Shown: one piece after another, positions 30,123-41,192 of the stretch
Numbering within the stretch: the first letter of the stretch is position 1
Layout: every line of letters starts with the position of its first letter
The notes under the pieces: model-generated
Databases searched by the model: none
Told to the model about the DNA's origin: nothing
Seen by the model: only the letters and a program-made list of their open reading frames with translations
Made by a program: the position numbers and the translations under genes
From: Histomonas meleagridis 2922-C6/04-290x
Taxonomy: Eukaryota > Protista > Parabasalia
NCBI GenBank assembly: GCA_020184695.1
Contig: JAANOX010000034.1
Location: 1-64,000 of the forward strand
DNA: 64,000 nucleotides
Reading direction: 5' to 3'

Positions 30123-31925
30123 TCATAGCCAATTGTCTTCATCTTCTTTAACAATATCTTCAACTAAAGTATTGACATCTTCAATTTGGTTTAAACTTGA
30201 TGTAGTCGAATCCTTAAATTGTAATGTCGATGTCGATTTTCCTTTTTTGTTATTACTTTTGATTAAGAATAAAACAATTCCAACAATTATTAATACTAAT
30301 GCAATTGATCCGCAAACAATTCCAATCAATGCATTCGTTGTAAGTCCATTTGTATGTAAAATGTTCGTGCGAAACATTGTAATGAAATTTGAATAATAAT
30401 TATAATGTGTTGAATACATAATAACTGTGTAATCATAATAAAGAAATTCTGTTTCGACATAAGAAAATGTTGAATTAAATATGGATAATGAAAGCGATCT
30501 TGTTTGCGTCTCATAATAAGTAAATGAATATGCAATTGTGAGCGTAAGTGTTAATGTATATGAAAATGATAATGTTAAATCGCTTTGAAACGATTCAGTG
30601 AATGTATTTGACTGAGAATATGTATTACTACTACTGAATATATTTGACTGAGAATATGTGTTACTTTGGCTAAATGTATTTGACTGAGAATATGTATTAC
30701 TACTACTGAATATATTTGACTGAAAATATGTGTTACTAAATGTATGTGATGCTGAAAATGAATGTGTTGGAATTGGATTGCAGCTTCCTTCTGCGTTTTC
30801 TTTGGCAACATCTAAATGTCCAAATTTACTTCCTTTATATGTTGAATATGTGATAACACTTGTTGAAACATTATAAAATGCATTTTCGCCAATTTTTGGT
30901 TCTGAATCTCCATAATAATAAATGCATTGAAGTTGATAACAATTACCAAATGCTGAACTTCCAATTTCTCTTATTCCATATCCAAGTATTAATAATGTTA
31001 AATTAGAACATGATGAAAATGCTGAATTTCCAATTGTTGTAACTGAATTTGGAATTGTAATGTTGTTGATTGATGAACACAATGAAAATGCACTACCGCC
31101 AATTGTTGTAACATTTCCTCCAAAAATTATCGTTTCTAATTGTGAACATAACGAAAACACATAACCTCCGATATTTGTAACTGAGTTACCAAAATTAACT
31201 GAAACAACTGAATGCCATGCTGAAAATGAACCACTTGGAATTTCATATATATTTTCACTGATAATTATAAATTTCGTGATGTTTTGATATTGAACAGTTT
31301 CATTAAAATCACTTGAGTTTGTTATTATTAATGTTAGGTTATCATCACAAAATAATTGAAAAGAATTTATGAAAAATACAACAAAAATTAAAACATTTTT
31401 ATGTTTTTTCTTTTTGCTTGTTTTCAATTTATTAACTAAAAATTTAATTTCAGAACATAAAAAAAAACCGAAAATAAAAAAGCATTGCATTAGAGCTTGA
31501 ACATTTCCATTGAATTTGAACATTTTCATCATGAAGTTATTATTCATTGAAATTGGTAAATGAACTTTTAATGAAAAATGATTAAACACTAAAGAAAAGA
31601 ATTCGATATAATGTTTAACAGATGAAATCGGTAATTCTAACAAAGGGGAATGACACTGATATCTGCTTGTACTGGTATTAAAAGGATTCCATTCATTATC
31701 TTTTAGCATAATAAAATTTGTGTTTTTAATGGATACACTCTCTTCGTTATGGAGTGAGAATGAGAGGTATGTAGTCCCTTTGGATTCTAAAGTAAGACAA
31801 GGGGAATGCTTGAGAGTTTGAGAAATAGAAAATTGATTACTAAAAATCTTTGAACCTGAATTTTTTGGTGAGGTTTGTAATAAGCAAATGATATGCATGG
31901 GTAAAAACAAAAGGAAAGAACACAT
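30123..31925 (-). CDS. BspA-like TpLRR protein D1 (intact, 600 aa): D-type N-module, repeat-expanded stalk, EDEDNWL tail
   Basis: ATG start, TpLRRs, QSNIFSSSNTYS/QSNTFS repeats, TM helix, tail. Confidence 0.9.
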   Translation of the reverse strand: MCSFLLFLPMHIICLLQTSPKNSGSKIFSNQFSISQTLKHSPCLTLESKGTTYLSFSLHNEESVSIKNTNFIMLKDNEWNPFNTSTSRYQCHSPLLELPISSVKHYIEFFSLVFNHFSLKVHLPISMNNNFMMKMFKFNGNVQALMQCFFIFGFFLCSEIKFLVNKLKTSKKKKHKNVLIFVVFFINSFQLFCDDNLTLIITNSSDFNETVQYQNITKFIIISENIYEIPSGSFSAWHSVVSVNFGNSVTNIGGYVFSLCSQLETIIFGGNVTTIGGSAFSLCSSINNITIPNSVTTIGNSAFSSCSNLTLLILGYGIREIGSSAFGNCYQLQCIYYYGDSEPKIGENAFYNVSTSVITYSTYKGSKFGHLDVAKENAEGSCNPIPTHSFSASHTFSNTYFQSNIFSSSNTYSQSNTFSQSNTYSQSNIFSSSNTYSQSNTFTESFQSDLTLSFSYTLTLTLTIAYSFTYYETQTRSLSLSIFNSTFSYVETEFLYYDYTVIMYSTHYNYYSNFITMFRTNILHTNGLTTNALIGIVCGSIALVLIIVGIVLFLIKSNNKKGKSTSTLQFKDSTTSSLNQIEDVNTLVEDIVKEDEDNWL

Positions 31926-32880
31926 TTGCGAGAAAACTTGAGAAACTTGCTAATAAATCAGTCAAAAACGATACAGAGAGCTTCAACCGCTTCTTCTTTT
32001 CGTCAGTTCATTTGTAAAACTTTTGCTGAAACGCGTTTTGTTGTTTTTGCAATCGGAAGATGTTCACAAAGCTGAAATGTAATGATTTTTATGAAAAGTG
32101 ACAGAATTTTCCCTTATTTAAATTGTAAAAGAAGACAAAAAAATGAAAGAAAGAAAATGATATCGTTTAGCATCAAAGGAACGGATTTTTGAATAAAGAG
32201 CGCTCAAAAAGTTTGTTTCAATAGAACAATAAATTGAATTTTGCAATTCAAATAACTGCTGACAAGATGGCCATGGGTGGGTTCAATTATTTGACACTTT
32301 TCGTAATATTAAGAAACCTTTTTCTTAATTTAACACAAGAAAATTTGTAAATTTATCAATTGAAAGCGTGCTCTGATAAATAAACGGTCGAAAATAGTTC
32401 GTCAATTTTAAAAAATAAATGTTTTCTCAATGGATATCAAGGCAATCGTAAAATCATAAGGTTGTCAATCAGACTACATATTATTCTATTTTTATACAAT
32501 TTTCAATAATGAAGGAAAAAATGAAAATCAAAACAAAGAAACAGAAAAAATTATTGTTTTTGTAATTTTTATTCAGATTTTTTTTTTCAAATATATCATA
32601 ATAAATCAATAAAATACTTTTTTAACCTTTTGAACATGCTCTCCCCAATAAACATAAGGTCTGATGTTTTCTGTTTAAAATAAATTTTCACAGGATTTCA
32701 CCCAGGCTAACTCTAGTACAAATCTTTCACAAGTATTTTATCTATGCAAAATATTTCATTTATTTAAATTGTTTTCATAATTTAAAGAACATATAAAAAC
32801 ATTTCTTATGTTTTAAAAATTTATTTTAATATTTACACACCCTATTTAGATAACATTTTCATATTAAAAAATCATTTTTA

Positions 32881-34308
32881 TTAACAAAATCCTTCTGTTT
32901 CATATCTTTCAGGGAAAACTCTTTTAAGACAAGAAGCGGCCAAACTCTCAATCTCTGGCGAGTCTTCGCGATAACACAAGTCAACCAATCTTTCTTGGAT
33001 TGTGTTGGTTATGATCTCGGGCATTTCTGGCATTTCCTTTTCGACCTTTGGAATGAAGTCCAAAAGCGATGGAATCAAAATCTTTTTAATGAAGTCCATA
33101 TCATCTGAATCGAATGTGATATCCACGAGACTATCGATTGACTGATGATTTAAAATCGCAAAAATACTTTCTAATGAACCAAAGCGTAACATGTTCCATA
33201 AACACCATATAACACTTTGTTGAATTTTGAAACTTTGTTCAATTGGATTTTCTAAATATGAGAACAATTTATCAAGTCTTTCAGGCGTAGATAAAACAGC
33301 GACGTTTTGTTCCCCTAATGACACATAATTAACAAAAAATGTTAAAAGATAAAATAATTTTAATTTGCTTGGATCAAAATTATCAAATAAATTTACAAGT
33401 ATATTAATAGGAATCATGGAAAGAACATCACCTACCTCGTCCTTCCCGGATGAATATAGCATAGCAGAGGCTAAGAGAACTAAATAATTTTGTAAGCTGT
33501 CAAAAGCTTCAGGTGAATTGAAGAGTGACATAGCAAGTGAAAAGCAGTTTGATGAGATTACTAAAGTGTAATGTTTCTTTTGCGCAAGGATGATGAGGAT
33601 ACGAAGGACTATCTCAATAACAGAGAAGCTGATGTTAATTTGGATGATTTTGGCTGAAAGATCTGTAATGGCAACCACATAATTTGAATACGAATCAATT
33701 TCATAAAACGTGGGAATCGATAAAAGAATATAATGAAGAATAGCAAAAAGATTTTGTGGATCAGACGTTGACGTTTCAAGTATGTGATATGCATAATTTA
33801 AACAAAGATCAAGAAAATTACGTGATAATAGATATTGAACACCTTCTTTTGAGGACTTGGCTAGATCACGAATAAGAAGAAAACCTACTTTGACATCGGT
33901 TTGAATAGGAGAATTAATAAGTGCTAAAATAAAATCTGCAGGATCATTATGGAGAAATATGGAATTGGCAGCTATAGAACGTGCAACAACGTAGTAAAGA
34001 AGTTTGTGAAGATTTGAACGTATGATTTCTGATGTATTAGAAGAAGCCATAAGAATAAATTGGATAATTTCACTTGATACGACAAAATCATCATCAACAT
34101 TTTTCATCTCCAAAATTGCATTAATGACTTGATTGAGAGATGTGTTAACTTCTTCTTCATTTTGGGATTCATTGAACAATTTTTTAAAATTCTGGACTAA
34201 TTCATTAAACTGTAACATTTGAGGAGAAGGTTCCTTTACAGGCATTTGCATCTGTATGATTTGTTCATTTGGCCTTATCTTGAAGTCATCAATTTTGTGC
34301 AAATTCAT
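32881..34308 (-). CDS. Helical-repeat (ARM-like, possibly importin-alpha-like) protein
   Basis: 475-aa intact ORF of amphipathic Leu/Ile helices. QSVIWCLWNML resembles an ARM H3 helix; no diagnostic motif. Confidence 0.5.
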   Translation of the reverse strand: MNLHKIDDFKIRPNEQIIQMQMPVKEPSPQMLQFNELVQNFKKLFNESQNEEEVNTSLNQVINAILEMKNVDDDFVVSSEIIQFILMASSNTSEIIRSNLHKLLYYVVARSIAANSIFLHNDPADFILALINSPIQTDVKVGFLLIRDLAKSSKEGVQYLLSRNFLDLCLNYAYHILETSTSDPQNLFAILHYILLSIPTFYEIDSYSNYVVAITDLSAKIIQINISFSVIEIVLRILIILAQKKHYTLVISSNCFSLAMSLFNSPEAFDSLQNYLVLLASAMLYSSGKDEVGDVLSMIPINILVNLFDNFDPSKLKLFYLLTFFVNYVSLGEQNVAVLSTPERLDKLFSYLENPIEQSFKIQQSVIWCLWNMLRFGSLESIFAILNHQSIDSLVDITFDSDDMDFIKKILIPSLLDFIPKVEKEMPEMPEIITNTIQERLVDLCYREDSPEIESLAASCLKRVFPERYETEGFC

Positions 34309-34744
34309 GTTGTGAATTTTATTTGAGATAAAAAGTGACGGGTTTTCTATCGTTGGCCGACTTAAAAGTTTTTTTTAACTCGAAGTGTGATTACCAATTT
34401 CCGCACATATATTTGTATATATCATATTCTATTCTCTGATTTTCAAATATTATTTTAAAAAAAATTTATATATAAATAGCAAACAAAGCAAATAAATTTC
34501 TTTAGTATTTTTGTAAATCCCTTCTTAAACAACATTTTTTATAATGATCAACATCTATTAAATGCATTTTCTCCAATTATATTGATATTACATAAATTCA
34601 TTGCTTCTAAGTCTGAACACAAATAAAAAGTAAATTCTTCAGTTGTTGTGATGAATTTGGAATTCCAATGCGTTTATTCGTACGCAATTTAAAATGGTAT
34701 ACGAAAATTAAGAAAAATCCCAATAAATCGCTTTATTATTAGAA

Positions 34745-35626
34745 CTAATCCCATTGTGTTGTTGATCCTAATCTCTTTATCAATCTATTTATCATTTCAG
34801 TGAATTTCTTGGGCTCGTCTTCGTGTACGCAATGATATGTGTTCAAGATTACTTCGAGTTGGAATTTTCCTGTCATATGGCCAATTGTAAATGGAGTGTC
34901 CAACCTATTTATATCGGGTAAAACAAGAACTTTGTATGGCTTGCAGTTAAGGAATGCGTCAGCAAAACCTTTGAACCATTCGGCCCATTGCGATTCACAT
35001 TTGAGAAGATCAGTACGCCATTCATAATGACCATCAACCTCCTTGAGACGACCTGCAGCTGATACTTGAGCACTTTGATAGTTTTGCAGCTCGCCACATG
35101 TGGAAATAAATTCGATGGCTTCAGCTGGAGTGTTGAAAATTTGTGGTCGGCATAGAAGTGCCTTCTTCATTTGTGGTATGGATTCAACTATATTGCCTTC
35201 AATAGTGTCAATTACCACAAGAGCATTCATATGATGTGTTAAAGCTGCTCGCGCTCCAATAGATCCACCAAGGGAATGACCTATGACAATAAGATGTGTG
35301 TTTGGTGGTTGTACAACTTTACAAAATTCAATTAAATCTTGAGTTAATGATTCAATAGTTAAATCTGTAGAAGGATCACCAGGCGTATCACCATGAGCCT
35401 TAAGATCATAGGCATAAATAGTGTGAGCGCCATTTAACATTTTAGCAAAAACAGAAAAAGAAAGTGCTGAATGTCCGGCTCCATGAACACATACCAAACA
35501 ATATGGTGAATTTCGGATGGTGCAATAGGTGTTAAATTCACCACGTCCTGGAACAATTATCATTTTTTTTTCTTCCCAATAATCACTCCAAGGAGAAAAA
35601 GACATTATTTCGAAGGAAAATTTCAT
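34745..35626 (-). CDS. PPME1: Protein phosphatase 2A methylesterase PME-1 (alpha/beta hydrolase)
   Basis: CVHGAGHSALSF, GHSLGG nucleophile elbow, GKFQLEVI...HCVHEDEP. Confidence 0.9.
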   Translation of the reverse strand: MKFSFEIMSFSPWSDYWEEKKMIIVPGRGEFNTYCTIRNSPYCLVCVHGAGHSALSFSVFAKMLNGAHTIYAYDLKAHGDTPGDPSTDLTIESLTQDLIEFCKVVQPPNTHLIVIGHSLGGSIGARAALTHHMNALVVIDTIEGNIVESIPQMKKALLCRPQIFNTPAEAIEFISTCGELQNYQSAQVSAAGRLKEVDGHYEWRTDLLKCESQWAEWFKGFADAFLNCKPYKVLVLPDINRLDTPFTIGHMTGKFQLEVILNTYHCVHEDEPKKFTEMINRLIKRLGSTTQWD

Positions 35627-35748
35627 GTCACATGACTTTGGATAAAGCTAAATTCAGAAGTTTATGAATAAAAATTCAAAGCCGATCAAAAGCAAGATGT
35701 GTTGATCGGAATGACAACGATAGTTAAATAATTCACTGAAAACCTCCA

Positions 35749-38094
35749 ATGGATGTATCTGCAACAACAAAAGAATCAACAATTAAAGAATTACAAGAAG
35801 TAGCTTCAAATTGGACTTATACTCAAAATGGATATTTTTCAAGTGAAAAAATAGATGGAACTACATTCGATTTTATTTTTCAACCAAATGATACAAAACA
35901 TTTTGGAATGGGAACATGTTCTGGTATGTTTGTTCACTTATGCACATCAACCACAAGTCAAGGAAAAAATCATATTATATCCAAATATGATTCAAAGAGG
36001 CAAAAAATGAATGATATTCAAATTAAACACAAATGTTCTGAATGCTTTATATATCCTCTCCCGAACGATGATGTTGTAGTTGTGACATGTGATGGATTTA
36101 TTTCTATTTATCATCATAATGAACAAATTTTAGAACATAATCTTAACTTAACTGATACGGACAATGTGGTATTTACTGCTTTTTCTGACAGCTCTGTTGC
36201 TTGTTTATTATCAAATGGTGATTTAATTGAAATTGAAAATTTCCAAATTTCACGTAAAATTAAACATTTTGAAAATGTTCCAATCCCCACTGAAATGCAG
36301 ATCATTCCAAAAAAATCTTCTCTGGTTAACCAAACGATAATATACATTCTTGATAATTCTGGCAATATTCTAATCATAACATCAATATCGAGTTACAGCG
36401 TTTCTTTTACTTCAAAAATTATCAAATTTTCACTTTCCAGCAACTTCGCTAAAATAGCTCTTGTTACAGAATCGCTTAATGTAATGGTTTGCAAATATGA
36501 TCTTTCCGAAATAATTTATGAAAAACAAGTTTCAACAGAATATTTAGAAAACTTCAATGACATCTGTTGGATTGGAGAAGTTGTTCCGGCTCTATGCTTT
36601 GCTGGTGGTGTTATTCTTGCTGTTGAAGATTCTGATGATCAACCAACAATTTTTTTTGAAACAAATGATTTATCTGTTGGCTTCACCAGTATTGATTCAA
36701 GTTTTATTATCACATCCTCCGAAGCTTATTTTCTTCGTTATATTCCCCAAGAAATAGTTAAAGTATTTATTTCACATATTCCAAATCCTTCATCTCTTTT
36801 GTTAGAGATATATGAAAATCGATTTTCTGATCCTCCAATACAACAACTCAATCGTATCAATGCACGTGAAGCATCTAAGAACCTCCTTCGTGCAGCCGAA
36901 TACGTAACAGAACTCGAAAATCAGCTTCTTCTTGTCAACGCATCGAAATTTGCTTTAACATACATAAACCGTAAAAGTGACGGCGGTTGTTGTGAAATCT
37001 TTAAAGCGATTTCACGATTGAGGATATTAAACTATTGCAATCGTATAGCTAATATTCCGATTACCTCGCAACAAATCAAATTTCTAGGCAATGAAATATT
37101 TATTGAACGATTAATGAATCGTCAACTTCATTTTATAGCGATTGAAATTTCCAACATTTTGAAGTTACCTATAGAACATATCGTTAATGATTATACTAAT
37201 AATGTTATAGAAACTGTACCAAATGATTTAGCATGTTTTAATTCACTTACAGAACAATCGAATATAAGTTATTATTATGCTGCTGTTTCATCATATAAAA
37301 ATGGCCGACTTGAATTAGCATTAAACTTCATCGAAATGGAACAAAAGCATTCGCTTAAAGCCGATTTTTATTCATTAATTGGCGAATATAAAGAATCGTT
37401 TGAAAACGCAATTTTAAGTTATGATAATTCTGTTATATTTAATGTGGTTAAAAATGCGTTTGCAAATGATTCACAAATTGATTTAATTAATGAATTAATA
37501 ATATCAAACGAAACAATTTGTCGATTTCTTTTAGAAAACTTTGATAAGTTCGATGATATTGAACGAGTTTCAAAAATATTAAACTTAATTCCAAACTCTT
37601 CATTACATAAAGATATAAAACAAAGATTTGAAATACGGAAAAATAAAAATTCTCCTGTTTTGGAATCATTAAAATCATTTCAACCAGAAAATAATTCAAT
37701 TAATGAAAATTTACGGCGTTTAATAACAAATGGAAAAGTTGATGACGCTTATGCATTAGCTAAAGAATATAAAATTTCGTTGAGAAATGTTTATGTTATC
37801 GAAATGAAAGTTTATGCTAAACAAAGAAAATGGAATAGTTTAATCGCTGTGACATTGAATAATAGAAAGGATAAGGAATTGTGCGCGTTGTGTATCGAAT
37901 TAATGTTTTGTGCAAATGAGAAAATGGCTGTGGAATTGTTCCTGAATGAAATGGAAAAAGTTGACCAGAAAAGAGCTTTGAAGTTAAGGAAACAAGTAGA
38001 AAATAATGAATTCGGTGTTGAGTCTTTGGCTGGTAAAAATTCTTATGCTAGAAATATGTTTTCGTCAAAAATATTTAAATTGATGAAAAGATAA
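35749..38094 (+). CDS. VPS16: Vps16 (HOPS/CORVET subunit)
   Basis: N-terminal beta-rich region, then LRILNYCNRIANIPITSQQIKFLG..IFIERLMNRQLHFIAIEIS (Vps16 signature), ISYYYAA. Confidence 0.8.
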   Translation: MDVSATTKESTIKELQEVASNWTYTQNGYFSSEKIDGTTFDFIFQPNDTKHFGMGTCSGMFVHLCTSTTSQGKNHIISKYDSKRQKMNDIQIKHKCSECFIYPLPNDDVVVVTCDGFISIYHHNEQILEHNLNLTDTDNVVFTAFSDSSVACLLSNGDLIEIENFQISRKIKHFENVPIPTEMQIIPKKSSLVNQTIIYILDNSGNILIITSISSYSVSFTSKIIKFSLSSNFAKIALVTESLNVMVCKYDLSEIIYEKQVSTEYLENFNDICWIGEVVPALCFAGGVILAVEDSDDQPTIFFETNDLSVGFTSIDSSFIITSSEAYFLRYIPQEIVKVFISHIPNPSSLLLEIYENRFSDPPIQQLNRINAREASKNLLRAAEYVTELENQLLLVNASKFALTYINRKSDGGCCEIFKAISRLRILNYCNRIANIPITSQQIKFLGNEIFIERLMNRQLHFIAIEISNILKLPIEHIVNDYTNNVIETVPNDLACFNSLTEQSNISYYYAAVSSYKNGRLELALNFIEMEQKHSLKADFYSLIGEYKESFENAILSYDNSVIFNVVKNAFANDSQIDLINELIISNETICRFLLENFDKFDDIERVSKILNLIPNSSLHKDIKQRFEIRKNKNSPVLESLKSFQPENNSINENLRRLITNGKVDDAYALAKEYKISLRNVYVIEMKVYAKQRKWNSLIAVTLNNRKDKELCALCIELMFCANEKMAVELFLNEMEKVDQKRALKLRKQVENNEFGVESLAGKNSYARNMFSSKIFKLMKR

Positions 38095-38169
38095 AATTTG
38101 TTTATAATAAAAAGCGTTTGTAATTAAATTGTTTATTGTAAAAGTGTGGGGAGGACGTTTGAAGCTAAA

Positions 38170-41100
38170 ATGGATGGAGCACAGAATCTATTTAAGATAT
38201 ATAATGATGCTATAAATCCTGAAAATGTGGGATTTGTTGCACAATATCTTGAAGAAATTTATGCTAATTGTCAAACAATTTTTGATCATTTGACAATTAT
38301 TCAAGCACAAAATGTAGATATAAAAATTAGAAAAATTGCTGCTATTGCACTCCCAAAATTATTAAAGCGACATACTTTATCAATGTCTGCAAATCAAATT
38401 GAAATTATTCAAAATTCATTAATTAATATACTTCAAAATGAGCCATCACAACATTTAAAATTCCTAATTTGTGATGCTGTTTCAGTGTTTTTAAAAATCA
38501 TAAAAGCAACTAATTGGCCAAACATTTTTGATTTTGCTATTACTCTTTTTCAAACAAATGAACAAATAATATTTGGTTTATACATATTTGCCAGGATAAT
38601 ACATCAAATTCCAGAAGAACGCAAACATGAATTTCTGATTTTTCTTACGAATGCATCTATTCAAATTCTAAAATCAGGTGAAGAAAATGTACGTATTCAA
38701 TCCTTATGTTTGATTCACAAGCTTGAAAAATATTCTCCTGATCAAGAATTCATGGAAACAAACACAATTTTCCATGATCTTTGTGATGCACTTTTTGAAT
38801 ATCTAGCTAACGGTCTCCAATCAATTAATGAAAATGAACTTTCTCTTATAATCGATACGTTTAGTGATTTATTTGGGAAAAAATGGTTTATTAATTCACC
38901 TTATAGTTTAAATATCTTTAATTTCTCTTTAACAATATTAAATAATGCTTCTGTTTCTGTTAACATTAGATATTTATTTTTCCAAATTGTTGAATCATCT
39001 TCTTTTTTAATAATATTAAAATCACCTGAACAAATACCATTTTTAATAAAGATTGCAATTGATTTATCTATTGAATTATGTCGAATTCAATGTGATGATG
39101 ATAAATATGAATTTGCACTTCCATTTTTTTCGACAATTTCTGATTCAGAAATTGATGGAACATTTGAACTTTTTATGAATTTTATTATAGAGCTTATTAA
39201 AACAAATCAAAGCATCGAAAAACAAATTGCTCTTTTTATATTAAGATCAATCATCGAAAGTTTTGCGACTGAAATTTCGAATAAAATTGAAGAAATCTTA
39301 AAAATTATATTTCAAGTTTCAATAAATGAAAACGAATTTATATTTTCTGAAGCATGTAAAGTTATAACAGAATTAATCGAATATGTTTCATATGATTTAA
39401 ATCCATATATTGATGAAATATCGAAATTTTTATTGTCTAATTTTGCACATACTGATTCATTACCGACATTAGATAAATTATTTTATCAATGTGATAAAGC
39501 ACCAGATTCATTCACATCAATAATTGAGTTTTTATTTTCATTAATTCCTCAATCAGGAAATTATCAAATACAACAAATTCTTTCATGTGTTTCATCGATA
39601 TTTACACAATTAAATATTACATCTGAACCATTAATTTCGAATATATTACCATTATTAAATTGTTTATTAAATGAACGAAATGAATTACGCGGATCGATTT
39701 TAGAATTTTTTGGGTTAATTGTTAAAAATGCGCCGAATTTAATACGTAATGAAATTGATAATATTATTAATTTTAGTATTAATTCATTAACATTAAATGA
39801 TGATTATTTATCTAATTCATCAATAGTCTCATGTTTTGGTAATTTAGTATATGTATTATCATCTTCTGTTTCGAAATATATCGATCAAATTATTCCACCA
39901 TTTATAGTATTTTTACAAGAAGCTGAAGATGATTTACTTGATTTCCAATTACAGCAAATCATAAAATTAAAATCATCTTCAATGATAACATTAGGTAAAT
40001 TCATTGGAAGATTACCTAAACAAATGATTGAATATGCACAAGTGCCAATACTTGATTTCATACTTGATGAAGGTATTAATTTATCATGTATAGATGCTTG
40101 TGAATCAATTGCATTTTCATGCGAAGGATTTTTTTCTTTAAATATTCCTTTCGATGAAACTCTTTTAATACTTTTCGATCAATTAAAAGTTATTGAAGAC
40201 AAAAATGAAATATCTGCGATTTTAATGACAATTGGAGAAATTTTCTTTTATTACGGATCGAATTTCCAACAAGAAACAATAAAAATAACATTGGAAATGA
40301 TCGAACAAATATTTTTTAATACTCCATTAAGTTTTATGAAGACAAATGTATCGAAAAACATTGATGTGATATTATTAAAGCCTTTGTTTTATTTTATTAA
40401 TAATTTTATCGATTCATTTGGAAGTAATTTTTCGAATTATCTTCAAATGTTTTATAAGATAATTCAAACTTATATACAAAATGATTCTGCTATTATTAGG
40501 AGTTATATAATATTAATGTCATCACATATATGTTTTAATTGTTCAATAAAAAACGCATTGTTTCAAATGGCATTAAATTATTCATTTAGAGAAATTTTAC
40601 ATTGTACGCAAAGAGAAATTATATTAAATATCGCAAACGCATTAAAACTTTTGATATTAACAAATAAAGAAGGTTTATTAGATAGAATTGAAATGATAAA
40701 TAATTTTGCACAACAAATTCTTGTTGAATATAATTGTTTTAATTTGTTTTGTGTTATGTTAATTCAATACGAACAATTCTCAAATGAAGAAATACTGAAA
40801 AAAGTTATCGATATTTTACCTCCGCCAATAGATTCTGAAGATTTATTTGTAGCTGGAGAATTTGCCTTTTTCATATTTAAGAAGTCCCCTGATTTAATAA
40901 AAAATAAAATCCCTTTAATCGCTGTAAGAATTTTTGCATCAAATGAAAAATGTTTAAAAATGTTATCGAATGATGCAAAACAATTCTTTGCTAATGTGAT
41001 TTCTCAAGGTTCTAATATCGATATCTTAAATTTGGTTGAAAGGAATGAATATTATGCTGAAAAGGTTATCGAACATATACAACAAATTCATAATATATAA
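38170..41100 (+). CDS. Importin-beta/karyopherin family HEAT-repeat protein (IPO4/Kap123-like)
   Basis: About 976 aa of HEAT-like helices; N-terminal IKIRKIAAIALPKLL...ILQNEPSQHLKFLICDAVS. First ATG is 38170. Confidence 0.65.
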   Translation: MDGAQNLFKIYNDAINPENVGFVAQYLEEIYANCQTIFDHLTIIQAQNVDIKIRKIAAIALPKLLKRHTLSMSANQIEIIQNSLINILQNEPSQHLKFLICDAVSVFLKIIKATNWPNIFDFAITLFQTNEQIIFGLYIFARIIHQIPEERKHEFLIFLTNASIQILKSGEENVRIQSLCLIHKLEKYSPDQEFMETNTIFHDLCDALFEYLANGLQSINENELSLIIDTFSDLFGKKWFINSPYSLNIFNFSLTILNNASVSVNIRYLFFQIVESSSFLIILKSPEQIPFLIKIAIDLSIELCRIQCDDDKYEFALPFFSTISDSEIDGTFELFMNFIIELIKTNQSIEKQIALFILRSIIESFATEISNKIEEILKIIFQVSINENEFIFSEACKVITELIEYVSYDLNPYIDEISKFLLSNFAHTDSLPTLDKLFYQCDKAPDSFTSIIEFLFSLIPQSGNYQIQQILSCVSSIFTQLNITSEPLISNILPLLNCLLNERNELRGSILEFFGLIVKNAPNLIRNEIDNIINFSINSLTLNDDYLSNSSIVSCFGNLVYVLSSSVSKYIDQIIPPFIVFLQEAEDDLLDFQLQQIIKLKSSSMITLGKFIGRLPKQMIEYAQVPILDFILDEGINLSCIDACESIAFSCEGFFSLNIPFDETLLILFDQLKVIEDKNEISAILMTIGEIFFYYGSNFQQETIKITLEMIEQIFFNTPLSFMKTNVSKNIDVILLKPLFYFINNFIDSFGSNFSNYLQMFYKIIQTYIQNDSAIIRSYIILMSSHICFNCSIKNALFQMALNYSFREILHCTQREIILNIANALKLLILTNKEGLLDRIEMINNFAQQILVEYNCFNLFCVMLIQYEQFSNEEILKKVIDILPPPIDSEDLFVAGEFAFFIFKKSPDLIKNKIPLIAVRIFASNEKCLKMLSNDAKQFFANVISQGSNIDILNLVERNEYYAEKVIEHIQQIHNI

Positions 41101-41192
41101 TAAAATATAGAAATAAATTTTTTTAATTTTTAAAATTTAAGTTCACATAAAAGTGACATTTCACGGAATTCAATTTTGTGTGGAAAACGATA